Position numbers and translations under genes: made by a program. A DNA stretch of 60,903 bases, counting the filler, from Sphacelaria rigidula (Eukaryota): NCBI GenBank assembly GCA_964200075.2. It is 8 parts of 8 records of this genome, joined end to end, with 100 filler letters (N's around TTAATTAATTAA, not from the genome) between each part and the next. Parts side by side here need not be neighbours in the genome. Positions count along the whole stretch, not along the records: positions 30,504 to 38,028 come from CAXNAA020014507.1; positions 38,129 to 45,653 come from CAXNAA020014508.1; positions 45,754 to 53,278 come from CAXNAA020014509.1; 5 more parts are not named here. One strand, written 5' to 3'. The notes below the pieces were generated by a model. It worked only from the letters and a program-made list of their open reading frames with translations. It had not been told where the DNA came from and did no database searches. This document shows positions 37,671 through 50,389 of the stretch, piece by piece (the stretch's first letter is position 1; every line of letters begins with the position of its first letter).

Positions 37671-39154
37671 GTTTTCGCGAGATTGAGAGTCGAACGCTGA
37701 TTGAGAGTGGCTTCGATCGTTCGCTTTAGCTTGGAGCAATACCATGGTGGGGGTGCACTTTTCGCGCGAGATCTTGTCTCGTTCAGGGGCTCCTAACGAT
37801 TCTAGATGCACAGAAATATGGATCAGGGCATCCCCGCTTGCAAATTCATTCGGCCCCAGCACATTGGAGTAGTAATCCCTGCGTTTTCTCACATATTTTC
37901 ATACGTTGTGTTGTGCATGAGATGAAGAGCTCCTAACAATCAACAGCCGATTTTAAATTTTGGGGTTCAACACTAGAATGGGGCTGAAGTCGCATTTTTC
38001 TCTTTCAGGGAAGATACGAAAGAGTAACNNNNNNNNNNNNNNNNNNNNNNNNNNNNNNNNNNNNNNNNNNNNTTAATTAATTAANNNNNNNNNNNNNNNN
38101 NNNNNNNNNNNNNNNNNNNNNNNNNNNNGGTGCCCTTCTTCCTTAAAGGGGTTACTTTTATATATCCCGCATACCATACTTGTGATACCCCCCCCCCCTC
38201 CCCCCCCCTCGCTCGGTCAATGGTCAAATGACTAAGGCAAGCAACAAATGAGTACGCCCCCCCCCCCCTCGCTCGAATCCCTCGAAAAAAAATGTGGAAT
38301 TGTGATGAAGGCTCAATATTATTGGGCGAATTCTCTACGCGTTTTGTTTTCTTGGTATTTTTCAACTATACGGTTGGTATCGTGGGGGGAGGGGGGGGGG
38401 GCGGTCGTATATTTTCCACTTTTTGGTCATGCGATACGGTTTTTCGCCCCGACACCACATTTTTTTGGTCAAACCATATTTTTGTTCAGAGGGAATTCTC
38501 GAACTCTCGGGAATTCTCGAAATCTCGGAGCCAAGCGAACGTGAAGAGTGAGCTAGACTCCTCTTGGTGGGGCAATGCAAAATGTCCAAGACGTGTGACG
38601 AGAATATTCCCTTTTCGGGGACCAAATATTCCGTCAGAAAGAACTACGCCCCTAAAGAAAGAAGAACGTGCAGTCTTGGGGGTCCAAAAAGAAGGGGGAA
38701 ATGAGCCCAGGAGTAAAGACCTACCTTGTTTCTCAGTTTTTGTTTTGTTTACTCTAAACGGTATATATATATATATATATGTACGTATTGCTTTCACTCT
38801 TATTTTCTTCAGCAAGCCTTACCGTTTTAGTTCCCTGGGGTGCATCCATCTCGGAGATCAGTTAGTATACGACAATCGATTGACCAATCAATTTTTGTGA
38901 CTCAAACTGGCTGTTGCAGGCGAGGAAGCTGTCGTGTTCGCTCTTGTTTTCGTTTTTTGTTTTCTCAAGCTTGTGTCTTGGGGGAAAAAAAAAAAAAAAA
39001 CGAATGAAAAAAGCGGCTGAATCGTAAAATTCTAACCTGATGGGTCCACGAAACTTGTGCTCTTGATGGCTTCAGCTCTTGTTTACAGTTTTTCGCGCGC
39101 GACCGGAAGGCGAAGAAACCACATCGTGGACAAAATATTTTTTTTGTCAAAAAA

Positions 39155-39502
39155 GTGCACACGCGGCCATTTGGCTACCTCCAAAATTCCTCCAGGTGGG
39201 TAAACCTTTCGAGTCTCCAGAATAAATAAACGCCTCCGAAGGGGTGCGTGTCACTCCAGAGGAGATTTTTTGGTTTCCTCCAGAGGGATCAAACGCCTCC
39301 GGAGGCTTATTTTTGCCTCTGGAGGGCCGCACATACCCCCAAAGTCCTCCGGAGGGGTGCGCGGTCCTCCAGGTCAGTAGTCTTTGGTTTCTTCCAGAGG
39401 GATTGAAGGCCTCCGGAGGCTTGTCTTGCCTCTGGAGGGCTGCGCATCCCTCCGGCTCCGGAGGCATTTTGGGGGGGTAGTCAAATGGCCGCGCGTGTGT
39501 AC
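39155..39502. mobile_element. MITE-like element with TIRs and internal CCTCCGGAGG palindromes
   Basis: Left end GTGCACACGCGGCCATTTGGCTACCTCCAAAAT vs right end ATTTTGGGGGGGTAGTCAAATGGCCGCGCGTGTGTAC; a ~60-bp internal direct repeat. Confidence 0.75.
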
Positions 39503-40495
39503 CTACTACTCTTGTGTTCTGAGTTCTGAGATAGCTCACCTCTACCCGCTAACTCATGCGACACAGCCAGGTCACTCAGGTCTGTGTTATGAGTTCTGAG
39601 AAATTTTGTGCCCAGAGTTCGAAAATATCTCATCATGTTTACCCCTTGACTCATAACACGGCCACGTCACTTTTGTGTTCTGAGTTCTGAGTGTTGAGAT
39701 AGCTCATCTTTACCACTCAGTTTTGTGACCCCCCCCCCTCCACACGCACAGCACACACACATCCACACCCACACGCTTGGCGTGTGCACGACGGTCATAG
39801 AGAGTTGCCTTGCATGCGACGCTACGGCGCAAGAAGCGATGTGGAAGCCGGCACCTCATCAAGCACACAAAACAATTTTCAATCCAGCTGTGCTTTTCAG
39901 ACGTCATTCGCGGAAACCTCTGTGCCAAGCAAGTCGGAAAAGTTGAGTGGACTCCACTCGAGGGGTGTGATGCAACGTGTATTAAGCGTGTAATGGCGAA
40001 ATTGCCTCGGTGTCTGCCTAACCCCGTGTCACATGTACGAATAGTGAAGAATGAGAATACCCCCCCCCCCCCACTCCCCCCCCCCCCCCCCCCCCCCACT
40101 CCCCCCCCCACCCCCCNNNNNNNNNNTGTAGAAGTGGGGAAAGTTGGGACCCCCCCCCCCCCCCCCCCCCCGCCGAGAGCCCCCCCCCCCCCCCCCCCCC
40201 CATCCCCCCGCCCGGCCCTCTGGAACCGTGAAACCGTAATTAACGGGCATTTTGTGGCATTGTATACTTGTAAATTGTACATGTTTTCATATTACACCTG
40301 CGGCAGTATTGATATATGCGTATATACCACGAGGCCCTTCACGCTACGTGTACCAGCAGACGTGTCACGTGATCACGCGTTTCCTCTTACATGAGTGAGT
40401 TGTGTCAATCGCTGTTTTCCGCGTGTTGCCGGTCGGGTGAGTTTGTTCTTCATGACTCATTTTCCAATAACTCATCCGTGAGTTATGGCATCATC

Positions 40496-40850
40496 ACTCA
40501 GTTGTGCATATCTTGGTCAGGTGAGGTAAAAAGAATAACTCAAAAATGCACATTCTGGCCTGGTGAGTTATAAACTCAACTCAGTTTTGCATATCTCGGG
40601 CAGGTGCGTTATAAACTATAACTCAGTTGTGCGCATTCCGGCCGAGTAAGTTATAATATATAGATCAATTATGCACATCCTGGCTGGGTGAGTTATAAAC
40701 TATAACTCAGTTATACGCATTCTTGTTGGGTCAGTTATTATCTATAACTCAGTTATGCACATTCTGGCTAGAGGTGAGTTATAAACCATATTTCAGTGGT
40801 GCACATTCTGGCCAGGTGAGTTATAGAGCATAACTCAGTTAACTCATGAG
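40496..40850. repeat. Degenerate ~42-bp tandem array, about 8-9 units (consensus approx. ACTCAGTTGTGCACATTCTGGCCAGGTGAGTTATAAACTATA)
   Basis: GAGTTATA...TAACTC recurs with a ~42-bp period; related GAGTTCTGAG/ACTCA-rich tract at ~39510-39725. Confidence 0.85.
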
Positions 40851-43800
40851 TTGTCCGACGTGTGAAAAAGTGTACCACGTACAGCAGTATCGACTGCTGC
40901 GTCTATTGCAATGGACGGTAGATTCCATACTGTACGCAGTATACTTCTTGACAATGTCATCCATTGTCCAGAGTGTGCAAATAATGGTACAGATTTCTCG
41001 ATTCAATCATGCGGCGGAGAGGCACGAAGATGAACTTGGATCTTACCCTGCGGATCACCACACCAGATACCACCCCTTAATAGAACCACGTAGGCCGCAC
41101 ACAAGTTTTTTCTGAGCTACCACTGCCACCGTCCAGCATAGAGCATGAGTTGAGTACAGGGATGCATGCCTGCACACTACAGTAGTTGGAAATCGGCATT
41201 ATCCCCCTCTCGGAAGGTATTCTTATTTTTTATTGGCGAAAAATTGAGCATCTTCCGTCGCATGGCAGTGAGCGACCGAACTGCTTAGTCGCTCATGGAC
41301 AGTATAGCTGATCCAGTCCGCGAGACCAAAATGCAAGGTGTGCACCGGGGAGAGATGGGTTATTCCCTTGAGACCACAGTAGTAGACTACGGACTCGTCC
41401 CGAGGAAGGGAGGGGTTCAAAGTGCGACAAATACATCATAGTGAATAAATAAGACAGTACAGAGCCAGACGTTGTTCAAAACTTTTTTCAACACCCTTCT
41501 GAGGGCAGTTTCTGAATGCGGGCAGTACTGTACCGTCTGTACTGCACGCTGTTCAAATCTCCTTTATATCCTCCTTACTCTGTGCAGACCGTGTAGTCGG
41601 TATGTACTGCACATTGCCCGCTTCGCGAATTTCTCACGAGTGATCAAGTACCGGTTCGCGAATTCCGCCGCCTTTTCTCATTCTGCGCTAGCACATTTGC
41701 TGGGATCAAAACCGTGCAAAGCGAACGAATTTGATCGTTGCAATTCCACCGCTCGTTTTCTGTGGGTTTTATTTGTTCTTCAAAGCCTTGGACCGCGGTG
41801 CGTCTAGTCTATCTGGGCCATGCATACTTTCTCCAAGTGGATTTTGGTGCCGATTCAGCAGGTGACCTACCCTCGTGGTCAAAGGGTCAAGACATACCCC
41901 GAGACTGCCTGAGCAAATTATTTTTCAATGAAAAAAGGAGAGGCGGAAATCAAAAGTTACGCTGTAATGGGTCGTCAGTCGTGTCCACGTCATTTATGTC
42001 GACCTATCAGATTGGAGTTTTTCGTTTTTTCGCCGCACTTTTTCGATCGAAAAAATGATGACCGAAAACAAGCCCTGATGACGATAAAGTGATGACGCGA
42101 CGACACGCGAACAGAGCAGTGCGCTACACGCTCAAGGGCTCCCGCTGTGCTTGGGAGAGTCCTTCCTGGGCTGATAGGAAAGCTATTGACAGAAGTTGCT
42201 TGTGACGACGCTGTCGTTGATGAAAGCTGCTACAGCACCCGCAGCTGCGTGGGCCTTCTGGCACGCTGTTGCACCACTAGCAGCTGTGTACGTTTGGGAG
42301 GGGAGGGGGTGCTGAAACATCCGGTGCCTGTGCGGCTGATGATGATGATGATGCTTGTCTCCTTAGTGCCACAGATGGTCCGCGTTTCGACTGTGCGACA
42401 ATGCCCATACACCTTGCGCATGATTGCCCCCCTGCTGGGAACCCCTGTTCCGTACCACGCGCCGATGAGCCAAAGCTTGCTCACTGAGCGAAGGTGCTGG
42501 AAGATATGGCTGTGCGCATCTCTCTTGGAGACTTGTGCATCTCGTGTGCGTGGTCCAGATCATAAGCTGAACAGCCCACGCGTGGCAACCATTTTACCCT
42601 CCTGGTTGCATTCTCATCGGATTGTTCGTCCGTTCTCCCGAAATAATTTCAACAGTGAGTAATTGGCGAGGATGATTTTGAGTGCGATGATTATGGAGCG
42701 TTGACCTTCAACCAATCAGAAGGACTCGAGAAGAAGAAATGAACCGTCGCATTCATTCTCATTTTCACAGTTGTAGGTTTTTTTTATGTCTCGATAAGAG
42801 GAGACCTAAGGAGGCGTTTTGTCTTTTTTTAATTTTAATTATAGGGGATCGGAGGCGATCCCTTGGAGGGTCGCAGCCTTAGAATTCTCGATATTATTCT
42901 CAGTTTCGGTGAGGATGATGGACTTCATCGCGGGACAGTGTTGTCACATAGGCAAGCGCTTGGTTTCACAGCTCAATGCCGAAAATTACATGCTACGGTA
43001 CGTGTTTTTTTTTTTCTTCTTTGAAGGAAGTAGCAGGTGTGCGAAGAGCATGCTCGTGACCAAGCAACACCAACGATAATCATGCCCCGAAACCAACAGA
43101 AGATCCCCAAGGAGGGATGACCCTCGATCCTAAGCAACCTGTGTGCCCCACACTACTACAGTATATCGACGATCGTAGACGCTACAACCAGAGCACGTGG
43201 ACAGCCCTCACGGGAGCGAGTCTTCCGCGGAAGCATGGTGTTCCGAGGTGCAAACTTTCAAGGGTATGTTGGGTGGAGGAAATGATACCCGGGTATTTAC
43301 TCTGCCGATTTTTGTGTTGCGATGATCTGATCTCCAAACTCTGAGTAAAGTGAAGCACGGTCATAGTACTCTACCCAATATCTGGGTATTATTGAGGACG
43401 ATCTCAGTACTTGACCCAAGCTCTGGGTACTAAGAGCATGACGTTTCAAAATCCCCGAATGTAGAAAGTACCCTACCCAACACGAGCTTATGTTCCTTTA
43501 AAAGTCTCGAACCCTTTTAGCTTATATCTGGCAATAAAAATAGAAGTGGGGACCGGGGGGGGGGAGGGTCTGAGACCAAGGGTCTTGAGCACAGGGAGTA
43601 GTATATCTTTGACAACGCTCCGCTCAGAAAACCTTGACCAAGCTCGTTCAACCGACGTTCAACTATTAACAGTGACCCGGGCGCTAAAGCGGTCCAGCCC
43701 TGCCTGGTATATCTACGTTGTAACGTAGGTACTGTATCTCAACTCGCTCGCTTCATGACGAGTGTAGACTGCACGAGATGTCCCTCTACATTCATTACAT

Positions 43801-44380
43801 GAACGGCGTATACCCGGCGGGTAATACACCCCGGCCCAGTACGGGTACAAGGATAGAAGTATGTGTTTTTTTATTGTCATGGTTGATTATTAATATTTGA
43901 TTCTTTATTTCGTTTTTGCTTGGCTTCGCATGTCGAGTGGGAGCGATGGGCTCTGTCTCCAGCAATCCGAATGGTCGCCTGTGGCACCGCATCTTGCAGG
44001 GCTATCATCGTTTCTTCTTTCATCGTGTCTTGTTGGTGCTAATTTTTCCGGAACCTATTTATATATATATATAATATTTCCTTATACTGTACCTTATTTG
44101 GGGTAGTGAGCCTGTGACCACGGAAGGCGTCCGTATTAGGTGCTTATTATAGTACGGAAGTTATAAGGTACTGTGTAGATATCAAAACGGTTTTTTAGCA
44201 GCAGTCCATTCAGCTGCAGGCTGTGGGAGGGTCATTGCGAGTCGTGCTGCTCTCCTGTTCGGCCTCACGTCGACCCTACCCGTATATCTTTTGTCTTCAT
44301 GTCCCTCGCGCGTGCTCGAAATTGTTGTGTCTGACCTGGTTGGTTTTTCATCCCTGCTTGTTCGTCGTGACCGGCTGCAG

Positions 44381-44446
44381 GTGACCATGTGTGAACTGGA
44401 CAGGGACACGTACTTCCACCAGCCTTACAAGTACCCCATGTTCAAG
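44381..44446 (+). CDS. Small internal exon VTMCELDRDTYFHQPYKYPMFK (unidentified gene, possibly sulfotransferase-like family)
   Basis: CTGCAG acceptor, AAG|GTATGG donor, 66 nt, phase 0/0. Confidence 0.6.
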
Positions 44447-45490
44447 GTATGGGATACGCACATGAGCGGTATGATGCGCGCGACGCCACTCTATCGTCTC
44501 TCGTGAAATTGTATGGTTTCTTCAGCATCCCTTTCACTGGAATTTTCATTGCTCAGGTGGTACAAGTATCCAAATCTGAACATCACCGCAAGAGAGAATT
44601 GAGCGTACGGTCGGGTGTTGATTTCATGATGCTGCCGGCGAGTCGTGCAGCCATAAAATTTCATCGTTGGGTGTGTCCAGCTGGTGCCCGGGCCATCTGA
44701 GCACTTTGGCACTTGCGGTCGCTTCCCCCTGTTGTCGATATTTTATAGGGACGTCGACCACTGTCGATACACTCGGCTGGACCTAACCTAACTGATCAAT
44801 TTTGAATGATTGATTGTCGCACTTTAACTGACCCCCCAAATCTATTGCCTACCGGCAATTACCGAGAATTGGCCTTTTTCTTCACCTACGGGTAATTACC
44901 TCAATATGTCGAAGATGTGCCATCCCCACGGGGACAAAATCGTATCATCCTCGGGAGGGATAAAATGTCCCTAGGAGAGATCCCCGGCCTGCTGAAGCCA
45001 TGATCTCGCTTGTCTTTCTATCTGCGTCTGCTGTTCTCTGCCCACTTATGTATCTGTTGTCTGGTCTGCTCACGTGTTGTGCTCTGAAAAGGGGTCCGGT
45101 GACTCTGGGGGGGGTAGGGAGGCGACAGGAAAAAATTACACTGGAAAAAAGTTATCATCTACCGTGAGATCCTTTACCGGTGATTGCCGTGCACTAGATT
45201 AATTGATTGATTGATTGATTGACTGTCGCACTTTAACTGACCCCCCCAAGGGTTCAGCCGTGGTCGCATGATGGACGTCCCCAAGACGAGACAAAACAAA
45301 ACTGAAACACTAGGTATCTCTGCATCCCTTATATTTTGAACTGCCGCAATTGTTGTGCGCGCGTGTAGCTTGTTCTTGTTTGCATCGCCTGTGCTCCACG
45401 ATCCACTAACTCGCCGGTTTTCCGTTTGCTCTGCCTCTGTTTGGATTTCCCGATGTGTGTGCGTCGTTGTGTTTTTGCTTGTCTTGCTAG

Positions 45491-45559
45491 GATCTGGTGA
45501 AGCTGTCCGGAGGATGCTCACGCGAATCAACGTCGACCACCACCCTTAGTCGGCTTCAG
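45491..45559 (+). CDS. Next small exon DLVKLSGGCSRESTSTTTLSRLQ
   Basis: TTGCTAG acceptor, CAG|GTGAAA donor, 69 nt, phase 0/0; joins to give PMFKDLV. Confidence 0.55.
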
Positions 45560-45585
45560 GTGAAAACACGTTTACCCTGCTGCGC

Positions 45586-45653
45586 TGTACTGTACTGTAC
45601 TGTACTGTACTGTACTGTACTGTACTGTACTGTACTGTACTGTACTGTACTGT
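45586..45653. repeat. (TGTAC)n pentanucleotide microsatellite at the contig end
   Basis: Direct observation. Confidence 0.92.
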
Positions 45654-45753
45654 NNNNNNNNNNNNNNNNNNNNNNNNNNNNNNNNNNNNNNNNNNNNTTA
45701 ATTAATTAANNNNNNNNNNNNNNNNNNNNNNNNNNNNNNNNNNNNNNNNNNNN

Positions 45754-47477
45754 GACAGACACTGCTCGTCCGCCGCGCCCGCGTTGATCATCTGTTGCCA
45801 GCAGCTGGCGGTGATGAACGTTTGAGGTGAACCAGAGTCTGGTAGTGCAAGAGCTATCAAATGACAGCTTGCACGCGCTCCACTATGTAAACCGATTTTG
45901 GTCGTAAAAGAAGCATCATGCAGAGTTACAGTACCACTGACGAGATCGGGCCCGAATTCGGGTATGACATCTGACACATCCTGTTTCGCGTTTTGAACAA
46001 AGGTCAGAAAATGCACCCGTTTATGATCCTGTGGGTAAAGCGTTTGGTCAGAAGGATGGTGCGTACATGGAGTGTCCGTGTTTGTGCCTGGAATATTTGT
46101 CTCATCAGTCGAGGGTTGAATCTCATATACTGCAACGGAGGGGCGATGCCGGGGAAGGGTAGTTGTCGTGGTTGGACCCGACAAATGGTCTGTGCTTGGT
46201 GCTTCACCCTTATTGGCCAACAGAGGGGGCGAATCGTCATTGCGCAAAGCGGGGTCAATTACATCATCCAGCTTGGTCGGAACAGGGGACGATTCATCGG
46301 GGCGCGGTGTTGAGTTTGATACGCCAATCAACTCAATACCATCACTAGTTAGGGCCAACATGGGAGGTTTCGGAGACGATTCGTCAAGACGCGGGGTTGG
46401 TAAAGCTGTACTGGTCAACCCGGCGTCTATTAAAGGGGCCAACGTGGGCGAGTTAGGAGACGAGTCGTCTTGCGTAACACTTTGTTTGCCTGGTGACGAA
46501 CACACGATTGAGGTGCCTTCATGACTAGGGTGCGAACGTCCATGAATCGGCGAAGTCTCTGTCCCTACGGACGGCAACGCTTCATCGGAAATGGGTTCTA
46601 ACGTAGTGCACGCGGGGTGGTCAGGGAGCAGTAACGATCTGTTCGAAATCTGGGGGGTACCGGCCTGTTCCACTCTAAGGCTTTCACCTGTCTGAGCCCA
46701 CACGCAATCTCCTTGGAGTTCACGTGCGCTTGCTACATCAGGTTTTTCTACATGATCATCTGGAGGAGCCCGTCTCTGGTGACACGTGTAGCGCACGAAA
46801 GGATCGGCGGCTCCAGGAGCTATTGAAATGAGTTCTTGGATAGTCGAACGTAGGTCACGCTCTTGGCGCACCACCTGAGTCGCTGTCACTTGGGGTTCCA
46901 TTCCAAGCCGCTGAGCGACGGAAAGCATGGGTTTTTTGCGGTTGCGACCCTTCAAGGAATGAATAGGCTCATCAAATAAAAGGGAACCGGGTACCGTAGT
47001 TTTTGCGGAACTTGGTAGGGTGGTTAGCCGGGCACTTGAGCAGTTGGGGGGTGCTTGAGTGTGTGGCTTCAAATTTGGTGTCCTCCACTGAACAGGCGAA
47101 GGGACAGCGACTACCGTACCACAACATATTTCGGCTCCTGATGCGGTAGAAACTGCACTACATGACCTCCTCTCCCCCGAAGAGAAGGGATTCGATTGAA
47201 TATGGTTAGTACCGGGTACATGTAAAACTGGGTGATCAAATCCAGGATTAAAACGTTGAGTTTGGTCACTGCTCAATTGATAGCCATGCAACGGTGCACG
47301 GGCTTCGACTGTCTTGGCCTCCAAGACAGTGTCAGCATATCCAGGGAACCCACACCACATGGTTAAACCCGCAGTGGCCACCATTGATTTGTGTGTGCGA
47401 TGTGCGTGACCTGGCCGAGCGAAAACAAATTGTTGACATAAAAGTGTTGGGTACTTCTGCAGTGAATTACCGGTCAT
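45754..47477 (-). CDS. Retroelement polyprotein fragment: Pro/Ser/Thr-rich region followed by aspartic protease
   Basis: ~575-codon open frame ending IALALPDSGSPQTFIT (D-S-G protease motif); runs into the gap. Confidence 0.7.
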
Positions 47478-50371
47478 TGTATATTTCTAATTGTGGGATT
47501 GTACCAACTAAATCAGAACTGACTTACAGAAGTAGAAACAAAAATAGGCAGGTGGCGGGTCTTAGCTTTTGGGCTAAGCAACGCGTCCTGGGTTACCCCA
47601 CTGTTTGCTATTTGGAATCTCCGCAACTTGTAGAACGTTCCCAAAAGGCTATCAAGTTGTGAGGTGAGCATCAGTGCTGTGTGGGTACCGCCCTGGCGGG
47701 GTTCAGCCGCGGCACTAGGTCCACTCATGTGTAAACGTCTACCGTTTTGTGAGTGGGCCGGTGCATGTGGTTGAAAGTGTGCCAGGTCAGGTGGGTCAGG
47801 CGGTGAATCAGTGTCGCCTTGGGGACGGAGAAGACGACTGTACGACGCAGTTGTGATTGCCAGACTTGCCAACATAGTCCGAAATGACGCGAAGCTGCCA
47901 AGTGTCTTTTTGTCAACAGCTTATGTTCTTGCTCGGCAATTTCCAGAGCCTTGTGTGGATTTGCGTATCGCGCGTTCTAGTTCATTTTGTTCTGTTGGCT
48001 TCTTCTCGGGGTGGACATCCATCTCACGGGGGACCTGCGCAGGCTCTTGTACCCCTGAAAACCCTCATGTTGACCCGCCTGGAGGCGGGCAAATTCCAAT
48101 TCTCTCAACGCATGTTCAAGCTGTGCTAGATTGCTGTCATCAATCTGGGCTAGCATTTTTCTCGTTCATTTAACGAAAAGTTGTACCAACGCGGGGGAAT
48201 GAGGGCTGGGGGAGTTTGCTTGAGCTGGAAATATGCTTCGTCACACGTGGGCGGGGGTTGTTCTGGCTTGGGCTGGTCATCAACAGCCAGAGTGGGGCTA
48301 TTACAGGGTTCAGCACCGGTTTGGGTGCGGGGGTCATGGGCAGGAAAAGTTTTCGCAGCATCAGGGCTCACTTGGAGAGATGCCGTCTGAGAATCAAGAG
48401 TGGAAACACCGTCAGCGGTGTGAGTGGCTGGTTGGTGTACAGGGGAGTGGGCACCAACGGGTTCAGGGTCAGCATGTGGAGGAGGATTGTCTTCATCCAC
48501 ACTCACGTCCCTGAAAAGACGTCCTGCAATGACGCTATCATCAGCATCAAAACGTTCCGGTTTGTTTTTGTCAACCGTCTCACTACGCATGGTTTGGGTT
48601 GACTTGTACGGTTGTTCACCAGTGTCTGTAGGGATCGCACTGTTCTTCGTGACATCGTGCTCCGGTAAAGTCGAAGGGCGGTTGATATCAGACATTGCTT
48701 GTACACCTGCGCAATTTGCGCCAAACCGGTCACGTAGAGATGCAGAGGTTGAAAAGTGAACGTTTCGAAGTGGAATGGAGCATCGTTGTTGAGGACTGAG
48801 GCGGCGTGAACAAAAATAAAAAGGAACAGAGTGACAGGGTACTGTCGACAGTCGAGCGACATGTAGTTCCGCACACTCCGCACATGCATGAGGTCTACCA
48901 CCTTTTCAGTCAGGCGCAGTCGAAAGGGAAAAAAAAAAACTATGTCGAAGGCACACAACAACCCGTATGTGTGTGCGTTGGTGGACAAAGTTGTCACAAT
49001 CAACACATACAGTGACTGTCATCAGCGCAACAGCGCATTGGACAACCTGCATGCCATGAAGGGATATACGTGTGGGACCCAGCGAACCGCAACGTCAAAC
49101 TGCGCAGATCTGTCTTGAGTTCATGTTGAGGTTGAGAGAAAAAAAATAACTATTGGATGCCGTATGTCCAGAGGCAAAATCAGCGCGGCTGGCGAGACTT
49201 ACTACAGTACCGCGTAGTTCGCTGAAAATAGCCGAGCTGGGGGATCGGTCACATATCCTCGTGCAGGTAAACAGTCAACAAATGTACAAGCGCAACCGGA
49301 ATACAATTATGTAGTGCAGTACGACTGCAGCGTACAAAGCACCAGACAGCAAAATACTGTGTGGCAGAGTGCAGTACATATGATCCTTCGCGTGGGGTAG
49401 CGAGGGTCGATAGTGCAGTACGTTGTCAATTTTTCATGTCAATTTGTTCGTATTACAGAAAGAAAACCCGACACAACGCTATACCCGCGTCGTGTTCATA
49501 CCTACAATGTAATATGGATGAGTTCGTTCAGATAGTCTAGCAGTACCAACGCATGCTCCAGCACGGCACCTCACCGTCCGCAAGATATTACCCGCTGGGA
49601 CCATTTGTATTTCAAACGGTGCTGTACTGTACTGTTGTCAGTACTTCAATTCGGAACAATATTTCAACAGGAAAGGTGAGTGGCCTTCTGGACGACAAAG
49701 TATGTACTTTCTGTATTGCGTGTTGGTGGGGCGGCAATCAAACTGTAGTGTACACTGGTGCCGTGTGAAAGTGAACAAGTAACATGAGCCTCACTCCTCG
49801 CCGTGTTCGATCATGCTTGTGTACAGACAACATTCTCAACCGTCGTCCATCATGTCGCATCGATATAATTCGGTGCGCATGGTGGTTCAACGTTCCGTGT
49901 TTGGGCAAGAAAAGTCGAATATACAGCGGGCGGCGATTGAGATAGTCCGCGAACTCTCTACCTGCAAGCATGAATCGGCGTGTGTTTGGACACATGTCGG
50001 TCGATTCGGTTGATACAGAATCGACAGACAGTGAGCAGAGGCGCTTGCGGGGGCAGGTGGTCGGGAGGGCGGTGAAAAAGCTACGGGCCCTTGAGGGGCG
50101 TATCTAAACAAGGAACGTGTAAGCGGCTCTATTATCCGAGAACCGCCAGTGGGTGAAAAAGAACACGGCACTTCAGATCGAGTGTGCATGAAAACGCTAT
50201 GCGTTCTCTGTGCAGTGCATAACGTTGCCAGAGAGAGCGCATCCGCCACAGTGGGTTGGCTTGTACCGTCGATATGGCCTGCAGGGTGCGGGGAATATGC
50301 TTGTGCAGCAAGAGAGGGCTCACGTGTGCGCTCGTACCTTGAGCGCTTCATGGTTCGGTCGCCACTGCCTG

Positions 50372-50389
50372 GGACCAACGTGGGTACCA
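50372..50389 (-). promoter_or_regulatory. Primer-binding site TGGTACCCACGTTGGTCC
   Basis: Begins with TGG directly after the LTR end ..GCCACA; cognate tRNA not verified. Confidence 0.7.

Noticed and set aside
40496..40850. Regularly spaced palindromic repeats resembling a CRISPR array
   Set aside because: Whole units are homologous to each other with no unique spacers, no cas genes are present and the context is eukaryotic
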